Source of the DNA: a virus
Lineage: Duplodnaviria > Heunggongvirae > Uroviricota > Caudoviricetes
Virus record (IMG/VR): IMGVR_UViG_3300045988_038444
Location: 1-43,689 of that record
Length of the DNA: 43,689 nucleotides
Strand: one strand, 5' to 3'
Positions 16,399 through 24,898 of the stretch are shown here, one piece after another. The position numbers were made by a program, and so were the translations under genes. The notes under the pieces are model-generated. The model did not search any database. It was not told where the DNA came from and worked only from the letters and a program-made list of their open reading frames with translations. Every line of letters begins with the position of its first letter. The stretch's first letter is position 1.

Positions 16399-17310
16399 AT
16401 GAGTAGGAAACGTTTAACCACAGAAGAGTTTATCACGCGTGCCCGTGAAGTTCATGGGCACAAATACGATTACTCACTAGTGGAGTATTTGAATTGGCGC
16501 ACACCTGTGAAAATCATCTGTCCTATACATGGAGTGTTTGAACAAATTCCTAATAATCATTTAAAAGGACGCAAGTGTTTATTCTGTGCAGGAAATCAAC
16601 AATCAAATACCAATGAATTTATCACAAGGGGGCGCGAAGTTCATGGGGGTAAGTATGGTTATTCGTTGGTGAAATATAAAGACTCTCGGACCAAAGTGAA
16701 AATCATTTGTCCAATACACGGAATGTTTGAACAACGTCCATATAGTCACTTGCAGCAAAAAGCAGGTTGCCCACAATGTGCTTGGGAACAATTGTCTGAA
16801 CAAAGACGTTTATCCGCCGAAGAATTCATTACTCGTGCTCGCGAAGTTCACGGGGACCGTTACGACTATTCGTTGGTGGAGTATGTTAACAATTCCACCC
16901 CTGTAAAAATTATTTGTTCAGAACACGGTGTGTTTGAACAGACACCGGGCAATCACACATTTATGAAAGCTGGCTGTCCCCAGTGCGCTGAAACAGGTTT
17001 TAATCCGTCAGAACCCGGCACGTTATATGTACTCGCTGATGATAAACAGTATCCCACTCTGATTAAAATTGGTATTACAAACGACTTAAAACAGCGACTA
17101 CGACAACTACAACGACGAACTCCGCATCTTGTGGTTAAACTTGTATCGTATCCGTTCCCACATGGCGCTGACGCTTACAAACTGGAACAAGAGGTACACA
17201 AGGTCTTTCACGAACTTAATGCGCGTCTCAAAGGCTTTGACGGTGCTACAGAGTGGTTTAAATACTCTCCTGCAATCCTCGATTACATAAATGAAAAAGC
17301 CCGGAACTAA
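16399..17310 (+). CDS. T5orf172-domain (GIY-YIG-like) protein with three N-terminal zinc-ribbon-like repeats; homing-endonuclease-like
   Basis: Three ~60-aa repeats EEFITRAREVHGxKYDYSLVEY...PVKIICPIHGVFEQ...GCPQC; C-terminal YVL...KIGIT...TEWF matches the T5orf172 pattern. Confidence 0.65.
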   Translation: MSRKRLTTEEFITRAREVHGHKYDYSLVEYLNWRTPVKIICPIHGVFEQIPNNHLKGRKCLFCAGNQQSNTNEFITRGREVHGGKYGYSLVKYKDSRTKVKIICPIHGMFEQRPYSHLQQKAGCPQCAWEQLSEQRRLSAEEFITRAREVHGDRYDYSLVEYVNNSTPVKIICSEHGVFEQTPGNHTFMKAGCPQCAETGFNPSEPGTLYVLADDKQYPTLIKIGITNDLKQRLRQLQRRTPHLVVKLVSYPFPHGADAYKLEQEVHKVFHELNARLKGFDGATEWFKYSPAILDYINEKARN

Positions 17311-17330
17311 CCGGGCTTATGTTTATTTTT
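17299..17330. terminator. Rho-independent terminator (gcccgg-aactaa-ccgggc plus T-rich tail)
   Basis: Hairpin overlaps the stop codons of convergent genes 16399..17310 and 17307..17591. Confidence 0.55.
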
Positions 17331-18025
17331 CTTCATCTCGACAACACGTGCAGACCGCAATGCTGTTAACAATTTCCATAGGAACTGTACATCAACGTTG
17401 TACACCCGTGCGTAACGTTCACAGGCAACCCAATCACTATTTATCAAATCAAGATAAGCATACCAATAAAAAACAGCATCAGGTCGCAATTCAGGACGTT
17501 TCTGTACAACAACCGGAACAGATATACCACGTGCAGCCGCCCCTTGTGTAACCCAGTCCAGGTCGTCCCCGTCTGTCTTATCGTTCCACAAGAGGAAGTC
17601 GATCAGTTTTTTTCAATCTGTTTTTCCCATTCGTCCTGGAAGAATGCGGAATTAATTGCGAACTGAATAACACGGCTGTAGATCACCTGACCAAAACGTT
17701 CATCACTTAACAATTCAATAGCTTCTTCGACACTGAATGGTTCCGGTTTGTCATCTTCACCAATCAGTTTCCAGTCCAGCATAAGAACGTTAGCCACAAA
17801 CTTAACACCTTCTGGTGTATATTCCTGATTCCACAGTTTTTCAAAGAAGTTTTCAGACAACACACCGTTCTGTTTTACATAGTCCGCGACTGTTACGTTA
17901 TATACCTGGTTAGCGGTGTTCAGGTTCAACACGGTGATACTGAAATTTTCATTTAAAATCAGTTCAGCAGAAGACTTCAGCACCAGTGGAGAAAGTGCTT
18001 TTTTCAGATGGTCAAACTTTGACAT
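17307..18025 (-). CDS. Tail assembly chaperone fusion (GT-like) made by -1 programmed frameshift
   Basis: Minus-strand GAAAAAAAC with heptamer A_AAA_AAC at 17606-17612 just before the G stop; the -1 frame continues KKLIDFLLWNDKTDGDD..., matching track ORF 17307..17591. Confidence 0.55.
17603..18025 (-). CDS. Tail assembly chaperone (G-like)
   Basis: 140-aa acidic protein immediately upstream of a slippery run and the overlapping T-like ORF. Confidence 0.6.
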   Translation of the reverse strand: MSKFDHLKKALSPLVLKSSAELILNENFSITVLNLNTANQVYNVTVADYVKQNGVLSENFFEKLWNQEYTPEGVKFVANVLMLDWKLIGEDDKPEPFSVEEAIELLSDERFGQVIYSRVIQFAINSAFFQDEWEKQIEKN

Positions 18026-18091
18026 GGTTTTTTTACCTTTTATGTAGTAGACGATTAGATAGTAATAGTTCTGTACAAATTACGCAAGAGA

Positions 18092-18136
18092 TTTAAAATA
18101 ATTCTTGACGAATTACATCTGTTAAGGTATCTTTAA
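18092..18136 (+). promoter_or_regulatory. Conserved early promoter copy (-35 TTGACG 18105-18110, -10 tatctt)
   Basis: gatttaaaataattcttgacgaattaca. Confidence 0.7.
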
Positions 18137-18165
18137 CTCAACGAAACGAACTGAGGGTAAGAGGG

Positions 18166-18486
18166 ATGGCGATTATTAACATGGGTTGGCATAGTTCTGT
18201 TTTTGAAGGAAATGTTAAACTCCTGGAAGGGGCATATAGTCCTATCCATCGTAATGATATTGGTGGCGATTACCCACCATCTTATTTTCTATACGAAACT
18301 GATCATGGGTGCTGTATCAAAGAACGTGAACGTAACGGTTACCATGATTCAGATTTTGAAATGTTAATATGGAACCCTGAAACAAAAAAGCGCTTCATGG
18401 TATACATTTGCAACTACCCGTGGTTGGTGTTATCCATGCTATGGTTCACGCCCAGATGCAACACCAGAAGTTTTAGAAGCATATAA
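18166..18486 (+). CDS. Hypothetical protein (frame-1 part of a possibly frame-split gene)
   Basis: 106-aa ORF after the promoter; an overlapping frame-2 ORF continues to 18790. Confidence 0.4.
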   Translation: MAIINMGWHSSVFEGNVKLLEGAYSPIHRNDIGGDYPPSYFLYETDHGCCIKERERNGYHDSDFEMLIWNPETKKRFMVYICNYPWLVLSMLWFTPRCNTRSFRSI

Positions 18487-18790
18487 TATTTATGAACAAC
18501 AGCAAGAGGAAAAACGGCAACGTTATTGCAAAATAAAAAGAGTAAACAAGCAACGCAAACTGAACGCACAGTTTAGATTAATAGTACGTGAATTTGGTGT
18601 TGATCGCGAACAAGTTGAAAAACTTTATAAATTATATCACCCAGATATGTTCCCTGTATTTTGTAAACTTCTTAACAGTAATTTACGTTCTGATTTCCGT
18701 AAAAGTTTACGTAAACAACTAGTTGATTGGTTAAAAGGGAACGGTAAGTACGATAAACCATTTTCACCTAAACAAATTCAGTATTTATGA
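18368..18790 (+). CDS. Frame-2 continuation ORF with no start codon (possible frameshifted 3' part of the 18166 gene)
   Basis: 140 sense codons from stop at 18365-18367 to TGA 18788-18790; no ATG/GTG/TTG near its 5' end; A6 run at 18384-18389 in the overlap. Confidence 0.3.
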   Translation, partial: YGTLKQKSASWYTFATTRGWCYPCYGSRPDATPEVLEAYNIYEQQQEEKRQRYCKIKRVNKQRKLNAQFRLIVREFGVDREQVEKLYKLYHPDMFPVFCKLLNSNLRSDFRKSLRKQLVDWLKGNGKYDKPFSPKQIQYL

Positions 18791-18791
18791 A

Positions 18792-18819
18792 TAAAAAAGC
18801 CCCGGTTTAACGCCGGGGC
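18792..18819 (-). terminator. Rho-independent terminator after the major tail protein gene
   Basis: gccccgg-tttaacg-ccggggc hairpin followed on the minus strand by a T6 run. Confidence 0.6.
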
Positions 18820-18839
18820 AACCACTACCAACCACCATG

Positions 18840-20297
18840 TCATGCTGTAGGCAGATATGGGAACAAGCTGAACCCAATCATAAAACCGATCGACTCTTCT
18901 TCGTGGGCGTTACCGCTAACAGTGACTTTCACTTTTTCGCCCGTCACAAGGTTTTTGGAACCGTCGCCCAGTGTCATCGCAGGAATGTTAACCACGATTG
19001 CACCGTCACCGTTTACCCCGGCAAGTTCGAAGTTGACTGTTGCGTTGTTACGGATCGCAGCCAGTACAGCACCGTCTGTCATCACCGTTTCAGTTTCCAT
19101 TGTGATTTCCAGGTTACCGATGTTGGTAAACGCAGCACCCATCACGCCCAGCACGTTTTCACCTGACACGTTGTTATTCACGGTGACAGTAACGTCTTTC
19201 AGGAACGTACTGAGTCCACTATCATCGATCCCGGTCAGTCGTACACGGTTCAGGTTCGTTACGGTGTTGTACGCTTCGTTAGCCACGAATTCAACATACC
19301 CGGAACCCGGCAGCGCGGTTTCTGACGGTGCTGATAAATCCTGTGCTACAAACGTCAGATCCATTGTCATTTTTTCAGTCAACGGTGCGTTGATCGTCAT
19401 CTGGTTTGCAGCTACAGCACGCGCATATTCATAAATAACAGGTGTCGTGTTGTAACGTACTTCCATTGTGTATTCAGTTTTAACGAACTCTGCAGAGTCA
19501 ACAGGAACGTTTCGAACAAAACTGGAAACAAATAAACGTACAGTTTTACCCGTACCTTCTTCAGTGGTGAATTCACTGTTAGCGAGAGTCAGAATATGAT
19601 CACCAACCATAGTCACACGGGCCATTTTACTGGTTACGGACTGTGTTAGACCATCAATATAAACATACTGTCCCGGTACTAAACCCAGTGTGGAAAAATC
19701 CAGGGTGGTAGACGTCAACTGACCATTACTGTTAACAGCGATTTCACCAGACGCTGCAGCATGCCCCACGAGATATAAACGAGCTTCAGCAGGCGGTGAC
19801 GCTTCGGCACTAAGCCCTGACACGTTGATAGCAGTAGTGGTACTATCAGCGCCTACAGTTTTCAAACCGTTGTTTGCAGCCAGTGTAAAACCTGTCGCAT
19901 AAACAAGAGCACCTTTAGGTAATGCCGCATCAAGAGTAGTAACGTTATAAGCATCAGCGCCAACACTGGTAACGTCAATATCAATTGCACCAGCACCGAC
20001 CCATTTACTATAAAGGAATCCGTCACCCCAGTAGCGGAACGTATCAAGTGTCAGGTCTGTCTGAAAGCCCGGTGCAACTTCAACGTTAGTTACCGTGCCT
20101 TTACGTGCAGATCGGTCCGTACTGATCGGTGTACGCTGAGTCTTTGTAATATCAGCACTGTAAGAACTGATTTCATTCGGTTGTTGAACCGTCCAGGGTG
20201 TACCAAAAACAGGTTCACAGACTTTTGCCACACTGAGTCGTGTTGCGTTTACATCAGTCGCAGGTGTTTGCGAACATTTAAAAATTGATTCAGCCAT
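18840..20297 (-). CDS. Major tail protein (putative)
   Basis: 485-aa Thr/Val/Gly-rich beta-type ORF upstream of the chaperones and followed by a terminator; assignment by position. Confidence 0.5.
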   Translation of the reverse strand: MAESIFKCSQTPATDVNATRLSVAKVCEPVFGTPWTVQQPNEISSYSADITKTQRTPISTDRSARKGTVTNVEVAPGFQTDLTLDTFRYWGDGFLYSKWVGAGAIDIDVTSVGADAYNVTTLDAALPKGALVYATGFTLAANNGLKTVGADSTTTAINVSGLSAEASPPAEARLYLVGHAAASGEIAVNSNGQLTSTTLDFSTLGLVPGQYVYIDGLTQSVTSKMARVTMVGDHILTLANSEFTTEEGTGKTVRLFVSSFVRNVPVDSAEFVKTEYTMEVRYNTTPVIYEYARAVAANQMTINAPLTEKMTMDLTFVAQDLSAPSETALPGSGYVEFVANEAYNTVTNLNRVRLTGIDDSGLSTFLKDVTVTVNNNVSGENVLGVMGAAFTNIGNLEITMETETVMTDGAVLAAIRNNATVNFELAGVNGDGAIVVNIPAMTLGDGSKNLVTGEKVKVTVSGNAHEEESIGFMIGFSLFPYLPTA

Positions 20298-20333
20298 TGT
20301 TCTAAGCCTCGTTTGATTGCAATCATTCGTAGT

Positions 20334-20759
20334 TTAATATATTTCTTCGTATTCGTAACTAAGTACGACGTTCGTTAAAAACCACGCGTTATCACGACCC
20401 TGATGACGAATATCAACACTCGTGTAAATTAACGGGCGGTCCTGCCAGACACCTTCAAATAATTTTGCAAGCCGATCCGCAATATCAATACTCAAAGTGT
20501 CCATGCCATACTGAGCAGGTGTGCGTACCTGTAAAAAAACGTTTCCTGTTCTTAAACGACGACGACAAACACCTTCCCCACCCAGCGTGGTTATTGTCCA
20601 CGGACCGGGATTGTGTGTCAGAATCAGACCGGGTTTTTCTGTAGTGTCATCAGGGAGTTGACCAGAAGCGATTGTAAATCTGTCAGGCGTAATTTCCACG
20701 GGGAGATTCGCCAGAACGCGATTATAAACAATTCCTGAAACATCTGAGAGTGTCATCAC
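20334..20759 (-). CDS. Neck / tail terminator-type protein (putative)
   Basis: 141-aa ORF between head-completion and major tail genes. Confidence 0.35.
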   Translation of the reverse strand: MMTLSDVSGIVYNRVLANLPVEITPDRFTIASGQLPDDTTEKPGLILTHNPGPWTITTLGGEGVCRRRLRTGNVFLQVRTPAQYGMDTLSIDIADRLAKLFEGVWQDRPLIYTSVDIRHQGRDNAWFLTNVVLSYEYEEIY

Positions 20760-21181
20760 TGATTAAACCTCACCATTATTCCGGCTTTTAATATAGCACG
20801 TTCGACAAACCCGGAAGGTGTCTGTGTACTGCTACCACCATTGAGAACCCCAATGTAAGGAACGTTGTTAGTAATATGCAGTTCCTGACCATTAACTTTA
20901 ATACTGCTGATAGTGACTGTATCCTGTTCGATACGTGCTTTACTGGCTTCAACATTACCTGTTGGTGTATCAGGACTATTAGCGGGTTGCCCCTGATCGA
21001 ACCACCAGTTGTTGCTTGCCCAGCCACTCAATATTGGTGTACCATCAGGAGGCTCACTTATGAGTATGTTACGTAGTGTTAAAACATATCTAATGACTTG
21101 ACGATCCGTAAAATCTTGTAAGTCGGCTTTTATGTCTTTAAACACTCCAGTAATACGATTTATATCATTGATTTTGCTAGT
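20756..21181 (-). CDS. Head-tail joining protein (putative)
   Basis: Track ORF 20756..21250; start moved to internal Met 21181 (MTSKINDINR...) because the 5' extension collides with the divergent plus gene. Confidence 0.35.
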   Translation of the reverse strand, partial: TSKINDINRITGVFKDIKADLQDFTDRQVIRYVLTLRNILISEPPDGTPILSGWASNNWWFDQGQPANSPDTPTGNVEASKARIEQDTVTISSIKVNGQELHITNNVPYIGVLNGGSSTQTPSGFVERAILKAGIMVRFNQ

Positions 21182-21206
21182 CATTGACAAACCTAAAGGT
21201 AGAAAA

Positions 21207-22103
21207 ATGGGCGGTAAAAGACTAACCAAAGAACAACTAGAGCATAACATAAAAGATATTTGTCAATCAAAAAATTACAAATTTATAAAATGGAAAGACG
21301 GGTTTAAAAACAAAGAATCACGAATTATTTTATCTTGTGTTACACACGGGGAATGGGACACTAAATGTTATCATTTTTTGAATGGTTCTGGTTGTCCGAT
21401 CTGTGGTGGAACACGAACCACAAAAGGGTTAAGAATTGCACAGATTAAAGACAGTTTAACAAATTCTAAATCAAAGTTTATTAAATTTAAAACTAATTTT
21501 CAAAATGGAAATTCTGTTTGTTTGCTGAGCTGTATTGATCATGGTGGATGGGAGACAACAGTCAATAGACTAATCTTTACATCTGTTGATTGCCCGTTGT
21601 GTATAACGAATAGACAGAAAACTAAACAAGAACGAGAAATTGAAATAACAAATAGATGTAAAGAAACAGGGTTGTTTTTTAATAAGATATTCGACGAACA
21701 TCCGACATGGAAATCTAAAATATCATTAAAGTGTTCAACGCATGGTGATTTTGTTACAACAATTAATTCTTTTCTTAGTAAACAAAAAGGTTGTCCAAAC
21801 TGTAGTAAAACAGGGTTTAAAGCTGGTAAGTATGCAACACTTTATGTCTTGCGGTCCACATGCGGTCGTTACGTTAAAATAGGTATCAGTAATTGTGTAG
21901 AGCAAAGAATTAATACACTTCGTAGAAAAACACCATTTGATTTTCAAGTAATAGAAAAATTGAATGGACACGGGGCAACCATTCGTTCACTTGAAAAAGA
22001 TTTTCATTCTCATTTTGAATCTGCAGGATTAACCGGGTTCGATGGTTGTACAGAGTGGTTAAAATGGAATCCAAATATAACCACTCTGATACGGATGTTA
22101 TAG
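21207..22103 (+). CDS. T5orf172-domain (GIY-YIG-like) protein with zinc-ribbon-like repeats, second copy
   Basis: Start taken at ATG 21207 (MGGKRLTKEQ...). Repeats with HG...GCPxC modules and C-terminal TLYVL...VKIGIS...TEWLKW. Confidence 0.65.
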   Translation: MGGKRLTKEQLEHNIKDICQSKNYKFIKWKDGFKNKESRIILSCVTHGEWDTKCYHFLNGSGCPICGGTRTTKGLRIAQIKDSLTNSKSKFIKFKTNFQNGNSVCLLSCIDHGGWETTVNRLIFTSVDCPLCITNRQKTKQEREIEITNRCKETGLFFNKIFDEHPTWKSKISLKCSTHGDFVTTINSFLSKQKGCPNCSKTGFKAGKYATLYVLRSTCGRYVKIGISNCVEQRINTLRRKTPFDFQVIEKLNGHGATIRSLEKDFHSHFESAGLTGFDGCTEWLKWNPNITTLIRML

Positions 22104-22481
22104 TTATACCGCTCCAACAGGATGAATAAATGCCATATCATCCCCTAACAATCGTGGGTTTTGACGATCAAGAAGGCGATATTCTTTACCACGTTCATCA
22201 ACCACAACATCACCCCGATCAGGAACAAATCGTGGTTCAAAACTCTGACTATCCATAATTACCATCGTTGTGGTTATTCTGGTCATAGTAGTCGGATCCC
22301 ACTTTTCTAATGGGTAAATATAACCACGACACGTATGCGATTCAGTAACGGTTGTACCCGGTAATGTAGGATTAGACGGGTTGGGAACTGTTATCACACG
22401 TTTTACCGTCAAATCCTCACCTACTTCAGCAAGTGCACGAGTAACACCTTTCAGGACACTTTGACGTTTGTCTGCCATCAC
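22104..22481 (-). CDS. Head-tail connector / head completion protein (putative)
   Basis: 125-aa ORF, position. Confidence 0.35.
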   Translation of the reverse strand: MMADKRQSVLKGVTRALAEVGEDLTVKRVITVPNPSNPTLPGTTVTESHTCRGYIYPLEKWDPTTMTRITTTMVIMDSQSFEPRFVPDRGDVVVDERGKEYRLLDRQNPRLLGDDMAFIHPVGAV

Positions 22482-22888
22482 CGTTCACCCTCGTTAAGTG
22501 CACGACCACCGCTTTCAAGTGTTACAGGTGGGTTGTCGAACTGACCACGTTGAATAGCAGGTTGCATACCAGCGCCAGTTAATGTAGCTCCACCAACACC
22601 CATAAAACTACCTAACAAACCGCCACCTGAATCAGCGCCAGTATTAATACGTAAAATAAAATCTTTTTTAAGTTTATTCCAGGCGTCTGCTGACTGACTA
22701 CTGCTGAGTGAGATCGGACCTACTTTAATGTCAGTATCGTTGCTGGCAATAGACGCCATATAATCACAGAGAGCGACGCAAATACTGAGAGGATTTGTAT
22801 AACCGTTGTCAATGTACCACTGAATTTGTTCATCAGTAACATCAGGGACACTGATCAAATAACGAATACCTTCAACTGTAATAGCCAT
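22478..22888 (-). CDS. Structural protein (putative head-tail adaptor)
   Basis: Track ORF runs to 23062 but the extension reads through a terminator hairpin; start taken at ATG 22888 (MAITVEG) after aggtga. Confidence 0.4.
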   Translation of the reverse strand: MAITVEGIRYLISVPDVTDEQIQWYIDNGYTNPLSICVALCDYMASIASNDTDIKVGPISLSSSQSADAWNKLKKDFILRINTGADSGGGLLGSFMGVGGATLTGAGMQPAIQRGQFDNPPVTLESGGRALNEGER

Positions 22889-22927
22889 GTGATCACCTGT
22901 GAGAAATGTTTTCGTTATATTAGCACG

Positions 22928-22953
22928 AAAAAAAGCCGTCTTAAACAGACGGC
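22928..22953 (-). terminator. Rho-independent terminator (gccgtc-tgtttaa-gacggc plus T7 on the minus strand)
   Basis: Plus strand shows A7 then gccgtcttaaacagacggc; lies about 40 nt upstream of gene start 22888. Confidence 0.55.
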
Positions 22954-23161
22954 AAATGGCTCTGGGTGATAATGAGGGTTTTACATAACTGGTCATCCAC
23001 ACCTGACGTCCCAACATACCCCTATGCGTGACACGTGAATAACCAGTTATGTAAAACGACACGCAGTTCAGGATGTTTCACAACATGCTTTACCCACGAT
23101 TTGCGGCTTTCCCGCCAGCAAGATAAGGATCACCTCCTTATCAGCGAGTGTTTGGGTTGTG

Positions 23162-23205
23162 GCGGTTGGAATCGAACCAACTCCCATCGGTGCGATTCCA
23201 ACCGC
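23162..23205 (-). other. tRNA-like structured element: 13-bp perfect inverted repeat, T-loop-like GTTGG-TTCGATT-CCAAC on the minus strand
   Basis: gcggttggaatcg (23162-23174) and cgattccaaccgc (23193-23205); minus strand carries a consensus T-arm followed by CGCCACA, but no canonical anticodon arm could be folded by eye. Confidence 0.25.
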
Positions 23206-23459
23206 AGTACGCGCAGCGGTCCGCTACATGACTAGTATTTTCACGGTCGCCTATCTGCTAGCTCGCCATTGAGCTTCACCACAACGGAAAGAGCACTGGA
23301 ACTTGGGCTGAGTATTACCGCATGTCTTTCGACTTCGAACCAAGGCTGACATTACCCAATGCTCTTACCTGTTATGTGCCGGTTACGTTTATCCGGCGTC
23401 TTTCGACCGATTAAGTGATAGTGTCTGCTATGCAGTTCTGTCACTGACTTAACAATAGG

Positions 23460-23813
23460 TCAAGAATAGTTATATGTCAAGCCTTGTGATTCACACCATT
23501 TAGCAGCGGCACTTTTACTACTAAACGATTCTGAATTCATCGGCATACCCATAACATAAACATTATAGGTTTTTGGCGCATCACGTCGGATTTCAGCCGC
23601 AGTGGTTGATGCCGATTCTTCGGTTGCTACAGTCACTGGTTCTTCAACGGTCGCAGTAGCTGGTTCAATGTGGCGCATACGCACAAGGGCGTTTAAAACA
23701 GCCGGGGTAGCTTTTGATGTTGATACTTTATCGCCAGCGGACATCTGTTTACCGTTCCACAGCATCGGACGGGTGAAAACATATTTCAGTGACGGATCAT
23801 ATGAATTACGCAT
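23460..23813 (-). CDS. Hypothetical protein downstream of the major capsid gene
   Basis: Track ORF 23460..23867; start moved to ATG 23813 (MRNSYDP) after gagg because the extension encodes the terminator hairpin. Confidence 0.4.
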   Translation of the reverse strand: MRNSYDPSLKYVFTRPMLWNGKQMSAGDKVSTSKATPAVLNALVRMRHIEPATATVEEPVTVATEESASTTAAEIRRDAPKTYNVYVMGMPMNSESFSSKSAAAKWCESQGLTYNYS

Positions 23814-23828
23814 GATTTTAACCTCATG

Positions 23829-23856
23829 AAAAAAGGGGCAGCATAAGCCACCCCTT
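23829..23856 (-). terminator. Rho-independent terminator after the major capsid gene
   Basis: Minus strand GGGGTGGC-TTAT-GCTGCCCC (two G.U pairs) followed by T6. Confidence 0.5.
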
Positions 23857-23875
23857 AATGATATCACAGTTGTTA

Positions 23876-24895
23876 TTAAACCGCGTCGTAGAACAGAACG
23901 CCCAGGTCAGGTGCAACCATCTGAACATCAATGGCAAATTCCGCTTCAACGAAATTACCACGACGGCCTTCGACACCCGGATAGGTACGGATAGACGGAC
24001 CGTTGTTAACGCCCAGACCGATGAACTCGTTCCACACGAAGCCCGCAGCCGCAACAGGTTTCATATTGCCAACAGTCGGTTCAACATAGTTGAGCATCAG
24101 CACACCAGTTTTAGCAAACCGGAAGTCTGACAGCGGATTGCCGTTACTGTCTTCAACGCCATCAGCAGCCATGTTGACCACAGACTGCATGATTTCCAGT
24201 TCGTCAACTTCCAGCAGTGCAGCCAGTGCCTGTTTAGTCACGATCCCAGGGTTCTGAGTGGTAGAACCACCGTTAATACGGTCAATAACAGCCGGGCTAC
24301 GGGTCAGTGCGTCATACACGTCCAGCGTCATCAGTGCTTTGTTCCAGCGACGACCACCGGATGCCAGAGAGAACGCAACACGACGTGACAGGATATCACC
24401 AATCGGATCGGCATTCGCATTAGACCATTTCAGGAATCCACCCGTGGACGGAGACGAGCCTTTACCCTGGAAATCAAGACCCCATTTACCAGCGGTCAGG
24501 AATTTTTCAGCAAAATCCACTTCTTTGTTGATCAGCAACGCATCTGTGGTTACTGCTGACGCTTCCATATCCAGTTGCTGACCGTTTTGAACGTTTGCAC
24601 GTTTTTTGTCAGAAATAAAGATACGGATCGCATCGTCATCAACGGTGTAACCCTGGTTTTTGGTTTTGTAACCAATAGTATTAGCAACACCATCTTCGGC
24701 ACGTTTGGAGTTAACCGGACGACCGAAATAACCTTTCGGGTAAGTCAGGAATTTACCAGCAGCCTGGTTAACAGGAACTACCGGGAAATAACGAGTACCG
24801 ACAAACAGTGACGTATCCTGCCAGTAACTTACAGAAAAGTTAGACAGGAATGTATCTGGTGCGCCAACGTCGCGAAAATTCTGTTTGTAACTCAT
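23876..24895 (-). CDS. Major capsid protein (putative)
   Basis: 339-aa ORF between scaffold-like gene and a terminator, typical position; no motif-level confirmation. Confidence 0.6.
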   Translation of the reverse strand: MSYKQNFRDVGAPDTFLSNFSVSYWQDTSLFVGTRYFPVVPVNQAAGKFLTYPKGYFGRPVNSKRAEDGVANTIGYKTKNQGYTVDDDAIRIFISDKKRANVQNGQQLDMEASAVTTDALLINKEVDFAEKFLTAGKWGLDFQGKGSSPSTGGFLKWSNANADPIGDILSRRVAFSLASGGRRWNKALMTLDVYDALTRSPAVIDRINGGSTTQNPGIVTKQALAALLEVDELEIMQSVVNMAADGVEDSNGNPLSDFRFAKTGVLMLNYVEPTVGNMKPVAAAGFVWNEFIGLGVNNGPSIRTYPGVEGRRGNFVEAEFAIDVQMVAPDLGVLFYDAV

Positions 24896-24898
24896 CGG

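Noticed and set aside
18922-19434. Plus-strand 170-aa ORF inside the major tail gene (likewise 728..994, 6482..6712, 14858..15271, 25382..25932, 36652..36924, 40276..40848 and similar)
   Set aside because: These are antisense or alternate-frame ORFs fully embedded in longer genes with better coding character; treated as spurious.
22889-23062. N-terminal extension of track ORF 22478..23062
   Set aside because: The extension starts at GTG, is translated through a terminator hairpin and has no RBS; ATG 22888 with aggtga is the better start.
23158-23235. Canonical tRNA gene on the minus strand
   Set aside because: T-arm and acceptor-like pairing are present, but no 5-bp anticodon stem could be folded and the D-loop lacks the GG pair; kept only as a tRNA-like element.
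23814-23867. N-terminal extension of track ORF 23460..23867
   Set aside because: The extension encodes the terminator hairpin after the capsid gene; internal ATG 23813 has a gagg RBS.
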